41,511 nucleotides of DNA from Chlorobiales bacterium (GTDB lineage: Bacteria; Bacteroidota; Chlorobiia; Chlorobiales; JACMJS01): NCBI GenBank assembly GCA_014380515.1, contig JACMJS010000054.1, positions 1 to 41,511 of the forward strand, given 5' to 3'. The notes under the pieces were generated by a model. It did not search any database and was not told where the DNA came from. It saw only the letters and a list, made by a program, of their open reading frames with translations. The translations under genes and the position numbers were made by a program. This document shows, piece by piece, positions 16,301-25,609 of the stretch. Every line of letters starts with the position of its first letter. Positions within the stretch are counted from its first letter, which is position 1.

Positions 16301-19181
16301 AGCCGATGAGTTTGTTGAGGTAAGTTCCAATCTCCGCACGAGACTTTGCCGGAACGCGCGAGATTTCCATGTCGGGCAAAATGTCGGCTTGGCCGCGGGC
16401 ATCGAGACCATCAACCATCACGAACCAGCCGTCGGAAGAGGCCGCGCCGAATGCGAGGGTTTGGATTTGAAAGGTCGGCACAAAGTCGGCGGTCGTTTTG
16501 TAAGTACGGTTCGCGTCGCCGAGCAGGAGAATATAGGTCGGCGGGGTTTGCCACTCGTGATAAGCGAAGTCCAGAAAGTCGCGGATGGCGTGCGGCGTTT
16601 TAATACCGTTGCTGAACGCATCGTAAATACTTTCGACCGTGGTTACGAGCACGCTGTCCGGCTCGCCCAATTCTTTGAGCCGTTGTTGCCGCCATTGGCG
16701 GTACCGGCTGACTTCACTCGTCGGCTTCTGGACGTCGGTTTCGTCGGCGAACCGGCTTGAAGTGATGATGATGAAATTGTAAGCATTCGCTTTATCCGTC
16801 AGGCGAAGCGGCGGGTTGAATAAATTTGCCGGCGCGATTTTCTCGAAGCGGCGCGGCAATTTTTTGTTGAGCGTCGGCAACGCATAATAGAACGAGGTTT
16901 CCAGATCAACCACGTAATCCTGAAAGCGGGCGCGGTAGAATTTCTTTTTCGATAAGTCCGGCTGCGGTTCAAGGTATTCCTCAATGATGAAGTTGGTCAG
17001 GCGACCAACGCCTTTTTTATAGATTTCAATATCGGGCGTGGTGAAACCGCCGATCTCAAATTCGTAGCGTCCCGACGGACCGGTCGGGTTGGTACGCGAT
17101 TCGGGCGGAATCGTGAAGTTGATTTCGTCTTGATAGGCTTTGTAAAGACGGCGGTAAGTTACCTCAAACCAATTGAGCAGAAACGCACGGGCTTGCGCTT
17201 TCGGTGAGGTGTATTGATCGAAGTTGTAAATCTGAAGTTGATTATCCGCATCGGCGTTCAAATCGCCGGTGTTGAACACCGACGGATTGAGGGCGGCATT
17301 AACGATGTATTTTTCCTGCTTCGTCGATCCCCACGACGCCGTAGCTACGGTTTTACCGCCGATGCCTTTCGGCCCGAGCGAGATGATGGCCGTGTTTTGC
17401 AGCTCCACATCCAGCGGCGTAATGCTGTCGACGATGCTCAGGCCGCTCAGGGCAATCTTCACCCGCAGCGAATCGCCTCTGCCCCGGCTGCCTTGATCAG
17501 GAAAAGGCAAGCGGGCATCAAACGGCAATTGTTTGCCGAACGGCACGTCCTGCCAAAAGAGGAGGTCGCGGGCGTCGCTGTGGTTGCGGGTTTTGAGATA
17601 TTCCGCCGAACCGCGGTAATCGTCATAGACGTTGCTCAACCGCACGCCGATGCCATCCGATTCAAAATGCTCGGTCGCGCGAAACGAGTTGCCCCGCAAC
17701 TGAAAGTTCGCGGGCACAGTGCCTTTGATTTCCGCCGATGATTCGATCAGCCGCAGGCCGCGATTGGTGGAGGTTGCGGTTTGCTCCCAATAAAAGTAAT
17801 ACACGTTCTCGTCGGTGTAAGGATCGCTCCACACATCAGGCCGCTCGGGGTCGGCGGCGGGGCGATGGCGTTCGCCGAAGAACTCGATGTAATCTTCACG
17901 GTTGAACTTTCCGTCCGCTTCGCCGCTGACGAGCACCGGCACTTCCTTGCCTTTGTTAAACATGCGAAAAGTGCGCGGGTCGGCATTGAAAAAATCCTGA
18001 CCGAACAGAGCGTCCTGAAACTCGAAGTAACCGGCGCGGTAAATCCCGTCCGCCGCAACAATGATGCGGTACTTCGGCTGCACCGGCAACTGCGGCAGAA
18101 TCGGCGAACCAACGGGCGTGAATGCCGATGATAAATTCATCACCGCGCCGGTCGGCGATTGCCCGATTGACCCCGGCAGGCTTCCCGTCCCCACTGCCCC
18201 CGCCACTGATTTATCCGCAGGGTTTGACGGCAAACTCGATGCTGAGTTTTTTCCGAGCACCGCCTCCGACTTCGAAAACGCGCGACGCGCCATCGGCGTC
18301 CGCCGCATCAGTTCCGATTCACCGACGCCGATCTTGAACCGGCTCGATGGCGACCCCGCACCGAGCACTCCGTCCGGTGCGGCGGCCAAAGTAATTTCAA
18401 CTTTGAGTTCGGTGGCATATCGCAGCGTGCCGGTCGCAGGCGTGTAACTATAGGGCGAGAGTGAGATCATGGAAATTTCCGTGCCGCGCATCACGCCGCC
18501 GAACGTCCAACTGATTTCCTGCGGCGGATACGAACCGGTGGCAGCAACGAAACTGCGCACGGTTTGTTCTTTCGCTCCCGCCGCCGTTGCCAGCCCTTTG
18601 GTTTCGTCCGTGCCGATTTTATCAGAAGCCTGAAGTGAGGCCTTCACCGCGCCTTCGCCCGCGCGGCCAATCATTCGCGCCGAAACAATACGGCCTTGCA
18701 CCGGAAAACTATAGGACGGCACGGGATAGATGTAATTCGCCAGCGCATGTTCCGGCGTCAGCGCCTTGATTTCAGTAACAAATTCACCGCTGCCCTTTTG
18801 CGCCCGAACGGCTTCGGGGACATCAAACGTGTAGGTCAGCACCACCACCGATGCCGACTTTGCTTCCACCTTCGCAGGCGGCAAAGATTTCCGCTCTTCG
18901 GATTTTCGTTCGATAGGCGTTTGGTCGCGAAGAGCCTGAATAGATACTGGCCGGACGGCGGTTGCATCTTTTTCAACGGCAGATTTCGTGAGCGAAGTTT
19001 GCGCCGAAGTGAAGGTCGGATACAACAAGACAAACAGGATCGATATGGCGGAAATTATGGCGGGAATTTTTGAAGAGGCCGCCGCAATACAGGCACGGAG
19101 CGTGCATGAACGGACGTGAGTCATTCCGAAGGGATTTGTTTGAATAGGTTTCATGTAATCGCGTGGTAGTGGTTGTCTCAT
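13362..19181 (-). CDS. peptidase C25 (gingipain-fold) family protein, PorU-like T9SS C-terminal signal peptidase candidate, 1939 aa with its own T9SS sorting domain
   Basis: The signal-like N-terminus is AISILFVLLYPTFTSAQ. The C25 dyad contexts are LNFMGHGGGG (His) and FVTSMTCFTGA (Cys), together with LLLGDANR and ISRVPA. The C-terminal half is long and beta-rich. The protein ends YPNPFKDFTYIAYEI...LYYAKVRA...KILKIVRLR. It lies upstream of a PorV-like gene, as in the porU-porV arrangement. The start is ambiguous (Met at 19181, 19154 or 19124). Confidence 0.85.
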   Translation of the reverse strand: MRQPLPRDYMKPIQTNPFGMTHVRSCTLRACIAAASSKIPAIISAISILFVLLYPTFTSAQTSLTKSAVEKDATAVRPVSIQALRDQTPIERKSEERKSLPPAKVEAKSASVVVLTYTFDVPEAVRAQKGSGEFVTEIKALTPEHALANYIYPVPSYSFPVQGRIVSARMIGRAGEGAVKASLQASDKIGTDETKGLATAAGAKEQTVRSFVAATGSYPPQEISWTFGGVMRGTEISMISLSPYSYTPATGTLRYATELKVEITLAAAPDGVLGAGSPSSRFKIGVGESELMRRTPMARRAFSKSEAVLGKNSASSLPSNPADKSVAGAVGTGSLPGSIGQSPTGAVMNLSSAFTPVGSPILPQLPVQPKYRIIVAADGIYRAGYFEFQDALFGQDFFNADPRTFRMFNKGKEVPVLVSGEADGKFNREDYIEFFGERHRPAADPERPDVWSDPYTDENVYYFYWEQTATSTNRGLRLIESSAEIKGTVPANFQLRGNSFRATEHFESDGIGVRLSNVYDDYRGSAEYLKTRNHSDARDLLFWQDVPFGKQLPFDARLPFPDQGSRGRGDSLRVKIALSGLSIVDSITPLDVELQNTAIISLGPKGIGGKTVATASWGSTKQEKYIVNAALNPSVFNTGDLNADADNQLQIYNFDQYTSPKAQARAFLLNWFEVTYRRLYKAYQDEINFTIPPESRTNPTGPSGRYEFEIGGFTTPDIEIYKKGVGRLTNFIIEEYLEPQPDLSKKKFYRARFQDYVVDLETSFYYALPTLNKKLPRRFEKIAPANLFNPPLRLTDKANAYNFIIITSSRFADETDVQKPTSEVSRYRQWRQQRLKELGEPDSVLVTTVESIYDAFSNGIKTPHAIRDFLDFAYHEWQTPPTYILLLGDANRTYKTTADFVPTFQIQTLAFGAASSDGWFVMVDGLDARGQADILPDMEISRVPAKSRAEIGTYLNKLIGYEQNRNQPAVWKNTVSMIAGDQSNDDGTRSAVFVQQEDDLIKTSLARNYFIKRFNTSLGRNAEPNNPPDPYRKTGADVQAQLNQEGTLILNFMGHGGGGIWSDSQVLTLEAANQLSNLDRLPFVTSMTCFTGAIDNENGTPVLTESLINNPNGGAIGVIASTSVGWLRNDDFMAQSVFDFMLTEQYQDLAIGDMMFRAKIRYFLAYSEAWEQAASMMHQYNIFGDPALRLSIPKRQTAEQKPRITWDLRSHIAAPGDTLYVRGKIEPDAGKPSVNGGIMFGRLTDQNNFDVIDTLASESVTFPIRVSRDTFNVAIPIPAKYRRLVNGQTFTGGQLKVYGVFSGEDAGGFVKFSTAAPFFRSVVPSEPVMAAVGKPLGFSMRVDTKTPLANIYVNATVQQYQPATNTYTQVFNQDLPAVSVGNGVYQTSDVVPASVMQRGNKVIYQASARTTLNLNSISEQFTETIGKLTDAAAAAEAKTGLAQYYDNRTIDFYIDNRNGGDAPVLGARIYNWSDTTARNVKVSFYQNSVRNASAGATAPTFRTDSTITLLGTATVQSVAPDSSVLATIPIPASFLVSQSFQIAVAVAADTTGGNYDVNPQNDLSNQRRITYNLIRVRKNETKSYALDEDATLSYDVGTFSKDGYLRVSLEPEAVIVQQPQNFYVKLAASQTRGGYRIEPADTGLMISETKPAKLTLRYDTTGLNSAQSVTAAGYRFSDEIQRWLKVPVQQRIASTSLLDVNKFGTYTPMRTDDKTGPTVTLGIQGQVYTKNGFAPKRPRITATVQDLNGVYLDYTFVKVIRNDVEIDAASKLAKVSVPLTTTNANTVGITYSDEFAAGTHRVKFIFYDANLGVVESEEMIFQVQDEFEVEVFGNYPNPFKDFTYIAYEIRSNPSVDNLEIKFYTVAGRLINTYNRKTNKVSGFETTNDDFPEETGPHVVAWNGTDEFGNPVANGLYYAKVRATLQGKVSEKILKIVRLR

Positions 19182-19264
19182 GCAATCGCTGGTTTGAATA
19201 AAAAATCGAACGCAAGTCTAAATGATTTTTCTTTGACTGTCAAGTCCGCATTTTAACCCCTCTG

Positions 19265-19295
19265 CACTCCCCTTTCGCAAAGGGGAAAGTGATTG
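19265..19295. repeat. CCCTTTnnCAAAGGG-family repeat, copy 2a (head module)
   Basis: AACCCCTCTGCACTCCCCTTTCGCAAAGGGG matches the reverse complement of 13331-13362 with one indel and one mismatch. Confidence 0.55.
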
Positions 19296-19356
19296 ATGCA
19301 AAGAAGGTGAAAAGAGAGAAAAGCATCAAAAAGATAAAGATGTATTTGTTTTCCAT

Positions 19357-19404
19357 CTCTCCCTTTAACAAAGGGAGATGTCCCGTCACAAGCGGGACAG
19401 AGGG
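19357..19404. repeat. CCCTTTnnCAAAGGG-family repeat, copy 2b (tail module), immediately after the secA stop
   Basis: The sequence is CTCTCCCTTTAACAAAGGGAGATGTCCCGTCACAAGCGGGACAGAGGG. It contains two hairpins (TCTCCCTTT..AAAGGGAGA and GTCCCG..CGGGAC) and is related to the tail of copy 1. Confidence 0.55.
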
Positions 19405-19408
19405 TTTC

Positions 19409-22400
19409 TCACGCTTTGCCGTGGCAGTTTTTATACTTCTTACCGCTGCCGCACGGACACGGATCGTTGCGGCCCGGGGCTTTCGTCACCCGAATCGGTT
19501 GCTGCTTGGGTTGATCCGCCTGATCTTCATAGCCGCCTTGCTGACCGTTCGCCGGAGCTTCGGCAACATCTACCTCGCCCGACTCTTGCTGGTTGCGCCG
19601 CACGTTATCTACCATCGTCCCCGCCGAAGCGTGCTTGGCCACGAGCCGTTCTTTACGCACCCGGCTTTTGGGTTGCTGCGGAATCGATGCCGCTTCCACC
19701 GGAAAAGTTTTGAAAGCAATCGAGAGCGAATCGGTTGCAATCGCACCCATCAAATCCTCAAAGAGTTTGAAGGCTTCCTGCTTGTATTCGAGCAACGGGT
19801 CTTTCTGGCCGTAAGCACGCAGGTTGATGCCTTCTTTCAATTCATCGATGTCGCGGAGGTGTTCGCGCCACTTGTCGTCAATCGTGCCGAGCACCGCAAA
19901 CTTTTCGATGCGTCCCATCATCTCATCGCCCAATTCATGCTCTTTGCGTTTGTAGAACGCCGTCGCCGTCTCATAGATTTTATCCGCGATGCCGTCCGCG
20001 CCGAGTTTTTCAAACTCTTTATCGCCAAGATCAACCATGACGGAAATTTCGCGGAACACTTTTTCTTTCAAGCCTTCAATATCCAAGTCTTTGTAGAACT
20101 CGGCGGCCACGCTATCCGAATAATCGCGGAGTAAATCAAAGAGTTCGAGACGCAAGCGGTTTTTGAACAGCGCATTGCGGCGACGCGCATAAATGACCTC
20201 GCGCTGCTGGTTCATCACATCGTCGTATTCCAACAAGCGTTTGCGAATGGCGAAGTTTTGTTCTTCAACCTTGCGCTGCGCCCGCTCAATCGATTTCGTA
20301 ACCATCTTCGCCTGAATCATCTCGCCTTCCTCGAGACCGATTTTATCCATGATGCCCGCAATGCGGTCGGAGCCGAACAGCCGCATCAAATCATCTTCCA
20401 GCGACACATAAAATTGTGAGACGCCCGGATCGCCTTGCCGTCCCGCACGTCCGCGCAACTGACGGTCAATCCGGCGAGCTTCGTGCCGCTCGGTGCCGAG
20501 AATAAACAGGCCATCGACTTCTTTGATGCCTGCGCCGAGTTTAATATCCGTGCCGCGTCCGGCCATGTTGGTCGCAATCGTTACCGTACCGTTCTGACCC
20601 GCCTGCGCAATAATTTCCGCCTCGCGCTGGTTTTGTTTGGCGTTCAAAACATTGTGCGGAATCTTTTTCATCTTCAGCATCCGCGACAGCGTTTCGGAAA
20701 CTTCGACGCTCGTCGTGCCGACAAGCACCGGCTGACCTTTCGTGCGGAGTTCTTCGATTTGCGTGATGACGGCGTTGTATTTTTCGCGCTTCGTTTTGTA
20801 GATGAAGTCCTCGCGGTCTGCCCGCGCGAGCGGACGGTTCGGCGGAATGACGACCACGTCCAATTTGTAAATATCGAAGAACTCGGAGGCTTCGGTTTCC
20901 GCCGTGCCCGTCATGCCCGCGAGTTTCTTGTAGAGCTTGAAAAAATTTTGCAGCGTCACCGTCGCCATCGTTTGCGTCTCGCCTTCAATCGTTACGCCTT
21001 CCTTCGCCTCAAGTGCTTGATGCAGCCCGTCGCTATACCGCCGTCCCGACAGCACGCGGCCTGTGAATTCATCGACGATCATCACCTTGCCTTCCTGAAC
21101 GATGTATTCTTTTTCGTTTTCGTAGAGCGAATACGCGCGGAGCAGTTGCGCGACGTTGTGAATGCGTTCGGAGCGGTCGCTGAACAAGCGGTAGAGTTCA
21201 TCTTTTTTGTGTTGCTTCTCGGCAGGCGAAAGCGATTCCTCGTTTTCAATTTTAGCGATCTCGGTGCCGACGTCGGGCAGAAGAAAGAAATCTTTATCGT
21301 GGTGATCATCGGTCATCACTTCGCGGCCTTTTTCGGTGAGATCGATGATGTGGCTTTTCTCATCGACGGAGAAAAAAAGTTCGTCGTCGACTTCGTGCAT
21401 CCGCTTCGAGTTGTCCTTGAGAAATTCATTTTCGACCGCCGTCATCAGCTGCATGTTGCCCGGTTCGCCGAGCATTTTTTGCAACCGTTTATTTTTCGGC
21501 TGACCGCGTTTCGCCCGTAGCAAAGCAAGTCCTGCAGTGAATTCCCACTCTTTCGTTTTCTCGGTAATGGTCGCTGCGGCTTCGCCCAAGATTTTGGCGA
21601 CGTAATTTTGCTGCATCTGCACCAGCCGGTGAACCTTGGGCTTCAGCTCAATAAACTTATCACTGTTCGATTGCGGCACGGGGCCGGAAATAATAAGCGG
21701 CGTTCGGGCTTCATCGATCAAGGCGGAGTCCACTTCATCAACGATGGCATAATTGAACTTGCGGTGCACGACTTCTTCTTTATCGCCCGCCATATTGTCG
21801 CGCAGATAATCAAAACCGAATTCGTTGTTCGTCCCGAATGTGATGTCGGCGTTGTAGGCTGCCCGGCGTTCGGGCGGGTTCATTTCGGAAAGGATGACGC
21901 CCGTCGTGAGGCCGTGAAATTCGTAGAGCGGCGACATCCATTCCCGGTCGCGCTCGGCCAAATAATCATTGACGGTTACAATGTGGACGCCTTTGCCGGT
22001 CAGCGCGTTGAGAAATGTTGGGAGTGAGGCGACGAGGGTTTTGCCTTCGCCCGTGCCCATCTCAGCGATCTTGCCTTCGTGCAGCACGATGCCGCCGATG
22101 AGTTGCACGTCGTAGGGAACCATGTCCCACTTGACGCTCGTGCCGCCCGCCTGCCACTCTTTGCCGGAAAGACGGCGGCTCGTGTCTTTCACGATAGCAA
22201 AGGCTTCGGGCAAAATTTCGTTGAGGATTTCTTCGGTCGCCGCGTGCAAATCTTTTTCCAATTGCTCGATGGAAGCTTTGATGGATTGGACATCATCGAG
22301 CGTTAAATCGAGGTCGTTGAGTTTTTCCTGCTCGGCCACCAACTCGGCTTCGAGGTCGGCGTTGTGCGCTTTGATGCGGGTTTTGAGTTCCAAAGTTTTC

Positions 22401-22531
22401 GCGCGGAGTTCGTCGTCGGAAAGTTTTTGAAACTCAGCATAGAATTCATTGATTTCATCGACGATGGGCTGGAGGCGTTTGACGTCTTTATCGTGCTTCG
22501 AGCCGAATATCTGGGTTAAGAACTTGAGCAT
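19409..22531 (-). CDS. secA: preprotein translocase ATPase SecA
   Basis: Motifs seen: [10 protein letters not shown] (Walker A), [32 protein letters not shown], and the C-terminal zinc tail [14 protein letters not shown]. Confidence 0.98.
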   Translation of the reverse strand: MLKFLTQIFGSKHDKDVKRLQPIVDEINEFYAEFQKLSDDELRAKTLELKTRIKAHNADLEAELVAEQEKLNDLDLTLDDVQSIKASIEQLEKDLHAATEEILNEILPEAFAIVKDTSRRLSGKEWQAGGTSVKWDMVPYDVQLIGGIVLHEGKIAEMGTGEGKTLVASLPTFLNALTGKGVHIVTVNDYLAERDREWMSPLYEFHGLTTGVILSEMNPPERRAAYNADITFGTNNEFGFDYLRDNMAGDKEEVVHRKFNYAIVDEVDSALIDEARTPLIISGPVPQSNSDKFIELKPKVHRLVQMQQNYVAKILGEAAATITEKTKEWEFTAGLALLRAKRGQPKNKRLQKMLGEPGNMQLMTAVENEFLKDNSKRMHEVDDELFFSVDEKSHIIDLTEKGREVMTDDHHDKDFFLLPDVGTEIAKIENEESLSPAEKQHKKDELYRLFSDRSERIHNVAQLLRAYSLYENEKEYIVQEGKVMIVDEFTGRVLSGRRYSDGLHQALEAKEGVTIEGETQTMATVTLQNFFKLYKKLAGMTGTAETEASEFFDIYKLDVVVIPPNRPLARADREDFIYKTKREKYNAVITQIEELRTKGQPVLVGTTSVEVSETLSRMLKMKKIPHNVLNAKQNQREAEIIAQAGQNGTVTIATNMAGRGTDIKLGAGIKEVDGLFILGTERHEARRIDRQLRGRAGRQGDPGVSQFYVSLEDDLMRLFGSDRIAGIMDKIGLEEGEMIQAKMVTKSIERAQRKVEEQNFAIRKRLLEYDDVMNQQREVIYARRRNALFKNRLRLELFDLLRDYSDSVAAEFYKDLDIEGLKEKVFREISVMVDLGDKEFEKLGADGIADKIYETATAFYKRKEHELGDEMMGRIEKFAVLGTIDDKWREHLRDIDELKEGINLRAYGQKDPLLEYKQEAFKLFEDLMGAIATDSLSIAFKTFPVEAASIPQQPKSRVRKERLVAKHASAGTMVDNVRRNQQESGEVDVAEAPANGQQGGYEDQADQPKQQPIRVTKAPGRNDPCPCGSGKKYKNCHGKA

Positions 22532-22556
22532 GTTTGTGTCGAAATAATTTTACGAT

Positions 22557-22706
22557 TCAATTTTTTTGAGTGCCCTTGAGTGCAACAACGAGTTTTGAAA
22601 GTTGTTTCTTTTCGTCAGCACTTAAATTTTCCCGTTCGGTTTTGTCGTAGAGCCGCAGCAGATAAACAATCTTGCCCAGTTGCACAATTCTGCGGACATT
22701 TTTCAA
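22557..22706 (-). CDS. possible unannotated 49-aa ORF (TTG start), function unknown
   Basis: My hand translation is LKNVRRIVQLGKIVYLLRLYDKTERENLSADEKKQLSKLVVALKGTQKN*. It starts 1 nt after the B12-binding gene stop and ends 25 nt before the secA ATG. The composition is helical and protein-like, but I recognised no homology and there is no ATG. Confidence 0.25.
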   Translation of the reverse strand: MKNVRRIVQLGKIVYLLRLYDKTERENLSADEKKQLSKLVVALKGTQKN

Positions 22707-22707
22707 C

Positions 22708-23121
22708 TCATACTTTTTTCGCGTCGCGTTCCGTGATCCACGCTTTGATGTAATCGGCGATGGCGGTTGTCGGCGTGCCGGGCGTGAAGAGTCTGCCGAC
22801 GCCCTGACGCATCAAAATTTCAATATCGCCTTCGGGAATGATGCCGCCGCCGGTCAGCAATACATCGTCCAAGCCTTTCGCTTTCATCAAGGCGTGAATA
22901 CGCGGAAAGACGGTGAGGTGCGCTCCCGATAAAATACTGATACCGATGGCGTCGGCGTCTTCCTGCAACGCGGTCTCGACGATCATCTCCGGCGTTTGAC
23001 GCAGGCCGGTGTAAATGACTTCCATTCCGGCATCGCGGAGCGCAGCAGCAATCACCTTCGCGCCGCGGTCGTGCCCGTCAAGCCCCGCTTTTGCAATCAC
23101 TACCCGTATCGGTCGGTTCAT
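22708..23121 (-). CDS. stand-alone cobalamin (B12)-binding domain protein, methylmalonyl-CoA mutase small-subunit type
   Basis: Motifs seen: [17 protein letters not shown] (DxHxxG), ISILSGAH and GGGIIP. I chose the ATG at 23121 (MNRPIRVV). The track start at 23178 would add 19 aa that do not look conserved. Confidence 0.85.
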   Translation of the reverse strand: MNRPIRVVIAKAGLDGHDRGAKVIAAALRDAGMEVIYTGLRQTPEMIVETALQEDADAIGISILSGAHLTVFPRIHALMKAKGLDDVLLTGGGIIPEGDIEILMRQGVGRLFTPGTPTTAIADYIKAWITERDAKKV

Positions 23122-23234
23122 TTCCGCTTGAATGTTTTCTTTGCTGTGATGAGGCCGTAAATGCGTGTGCACCGCCAATCGTTTCCGTGAATCGTTCTAC
23201 GATTTGAGGTTGCAGCACCGGGCTGTGGAATCTA

Positions 23235-24113
23235 TTACGGTCTGAAATAAATAATGACGATGACGGAAAGAATCCACAGAAGCAGGTTGAGAATCGTGCC
23301 GCCGTCGGTCAGAAGCAAGTGCGTCGGATTTTCGCCGAGGCTTTTTTTATCGAGCAGGTAAAGATAACGAAAGATGCCATAGACGACAAAGATGGTCGTG
23401 TAGATGAGGCCGTCGGTGCGAAACAGTTCCAGCGTGCGCGGGCTGACGCTATAGAGCGCGTAACTCAAAACCGCGCCGCCTGCGGCCACCGTCAATAGTT
23501 TATCGATCAACGTTTCGTTGTATTCCAACAGCACCGCGCGCGTCGCCCCACGCTCTTGCAACTTCAACTCCGCTTTGCGCTTCGCCGCGCCGAGCAAGAT
23601 GGAAAGAAACAACGTGCATAAAATAATCCAGCTTGAGAGCGGTACATCGATGGCGAATGCGCCCGCGACCACGCGCATCACGTAGAACGACGCCAGCACG
23701 AGCACATCTAAAATCACCACGCGCTTCAGCCGCCATGAATACAGCACGTTCATCACGACGTATAGCCCGATGACGAGCGCGAACTTCAGGGGCAACAGCC
23801 AGAGCATTACCGATGAAGCGATGAACATCACCACCGCAACGAGCCACGCGGTTCCGGCGGAAATTTTTCCTGAGGCGACGGGACGAAGTTTTTTTTCGGG
23901 ATGCAACCGGTCGCGGGCGGCATCAAAAATATCATTGACGACATAAACGCCGCTCGCGGTGAAAGAAAAGACGATGAACGCGAGCAGGGCTTTGAGGGCG
24001 AACGCGGCATCGAACAAATGTTGCGCGAAGATGAGCGCGGCGAAAAGAAATCCGTTCTTCACCCATTGTTTCACCCGAATGAGTTTCAAGATTTCTTTCA
24101 TGGCTTCCGTCAT
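23235..24113 (-). CDS. UbiA-family prenyltransferase, decaprenyl-phosphate phosphoribosyltransferase-like
   Basis: Motifs seen: KQWVKNGFLFAALIF and VYVVNDIFDAARDRLHPEKKLRPVASG (NDxxDxxxD). There are about 8 TM helices. The ATG overlaps the upstream stop (ATGA at 24110-24113). Confidence 0.85.
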   Translation of the reverse strand: MTEAMKEILKLIRVKQWVKNGFLFAALIFAQHLFDAAFALKALLAFIVFSFTASGVYVVNDIFDAARDRLHPEKKLRPVASGKISAGTAWLVAVVMFIASSVMLWLLPLKFALVIGLYVVMNVLYSWRLKRVVILDVLVLASFYVMRVVAGAFAIDVPLSSWIILCTLFLSILLGAAKRKAELKLQERGATRAVLLEYNETLIDKLLTVAAGGAVLSYALYSVSPRTLELFRTDGLIYTTIFVVYGIFRYLYLLDKKSLGENPTHLLLTDGGTILNLLLWILSVIVIIYFRP

Positions 24114-25609
24114 AATCCTTTTGACACCAAAACTTTTTCCGCCGCACCGAACAACGCTTGCACCGCGAGCGCAAGCACGGCGGCAGGCACGGCGCCTTGC
24201 AGGATGAGCGACGTGTCATCGAGCCGGATGCCGGTGAGGATCGGCTGTCCGTAGCCGCCCGCTCCGACGAGCGCGCCCAGCGTCGCCGTCCCGACGTTGA
24301 TCACAGCGGAAGTTTTAACACCGGCAAGGATTTGCGGCAACGCCATCGGCAACTCGATGCGCCACAGTTTCGCGGCGGGCGGCAAACCCAGCGCGGCGGC
24401 GGATTGGGTGAGCGCGGGCGAGATCGTCGTGATGCCGGTCGCGGTGTTCCGCACCATCGGCAACAAACTGTACAGAAACAGCGCAAGCATCGCAGGCAGC
24501 GCGCCGATGCCCGCTACCGGAATCAACACGACGAGCAGCGCGAGCGACGGCACGGTTTGAATCACACCGACCGCGCCGAGAATGACTCCGCCCGCACGCT
24601 TGGATTTCGCCGCCCACACACCCAGCGGAATCGACACCGCAATCGCCGCCAAGAGCGACACGGCAACGAGCGACAGGTGATCTTTCGTGTTTTGCCACAA
24701 GCGGGCAACCATCGTTTCTTCCGGCGCAGCAGCTTGTTTAATGCCGAAGGTTTCGGCGAGAAATTCTGCGGCGATTTGATTTTCAGGCACGCGCCGCAGT
24801 TTCGATGCAGCGTTCATCTTTACCATTTTTTCTTCCGTCATCTGGCCGCTCATTTTTTCCAGCGCGGCGAAGGCTTGCGGCGATTTTTTTTCCAAGTCCG
24901 CGCGGACGAGCAGCACCGCATCGTAGCGCGGAAAATAATTTAAATCGTCGGTGAGAATGCGGAGATGGTAGTAAGCGATTTCAGCGTCGGTCGAATAGAG
25001 ATCGATCACGTCAATCGCGTTGCTTTCGAGGCCGCGATAGGCGAGGTCGTGATCCAAGCCTTGCACGGACGTTTGCGGCAATTCATACCGATCTTTCAAG
25101 CCCGGCCAACCGTCTTTGCGGCTGAGAAATTCGTTGCTCAGGCCGAGCCGCAACCGGGCATGTTGTTTTAAATCCGAAATCGTTTTGATGCCCAGCCGCG
25201 CGGCAACGGAATCTTTGATGCCCAATGCGTAGGTGTTGTTGAAACCGAGCGGCCTCAACATTTTTATGCCTTTCTCTAAAAGCACCGCCTGCAGTTCCGC
25301 GTCAGACTTGATATTGCGGCCTGCGAAGATTTCCGCCATCAGCGTGCCGGTGTATTCGGGATAGAGATCAATGTCGCCCTCCAGCAACGCATTCCACAAA
25401 ATCGTTGTGCCGCCGATTTCCTTTTGATGCACGGCCTGATGACCCGCACTTCGCACAAGTCCCGACGCAACCTCGCCGAGAATGACCGACTCCGTAAATT
25501 TTTTCGATCCGATTTTTACGACCTGCGCCGCGCTTGGCACCGCGCTATGCAACATGGCCGCGACGAGTACCGCAAGTGCAAGCAGTATTTTTTTTATTTT
25601 TTTATACAT
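24110..25609 (-). CDS. ABC transporter fused substrate-binding domain (OpuAC/OpuCC quaternary-amine type, N-terminal) and permease (C-terminal)
   Basis: A signal peptide precedes VVKIGSKKFTESVILGEV...ILWNALLEGDIDLYPEYTGT, which is the betaine/choline-binding fold pattern. The C-terminal half has about 6 TM helices and an EAA-like loop (TQSAAALGLPPAAKLWRIELPMA). Confidence 0.9.
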   Translation of the reverse strand: MYKKIKKILLALAVLVAAMLHSAVPSAAQVVKIGSKKFTESVILGEVASGLVRSAGHQAVHQKEIGGTTILWNALLEGDIDLYPEYTGTLMAEIFAGRNIKSDAELQAVLLEKGIKMLRPLGFNNTYALGIKDSVAARLGIKTISDLKQHARLRLGLSNEFLSRKDGWPGLKDRYELPQTSVQGLDHDLAYRGLESNAIDVIDLYSTDAEIAYYHLRILTDDLNYFPRYDAVLLVRADLEKKSPQAFAALEKMSGQMTEEKMVKMNAASKLRRVPENQIAAEFLAETFGIKQAAAPEETMVARLWQNTKDHLSLVAVSLLAAIAVSIPLGVWAAKSKRAGGVILGAVGVIQTVPSLALLVVLIPVAGIGALPAMLALFLYSLLPMVRNTATGITTISPALTQSAAALGLPPAAKLWRIELPMALPQILAGVKTSAVINVGTATLGALVGAGGYGQPILTGIRLDDTSLILQGAVPAAVLALAVQALFGAAEKVLVSKGL

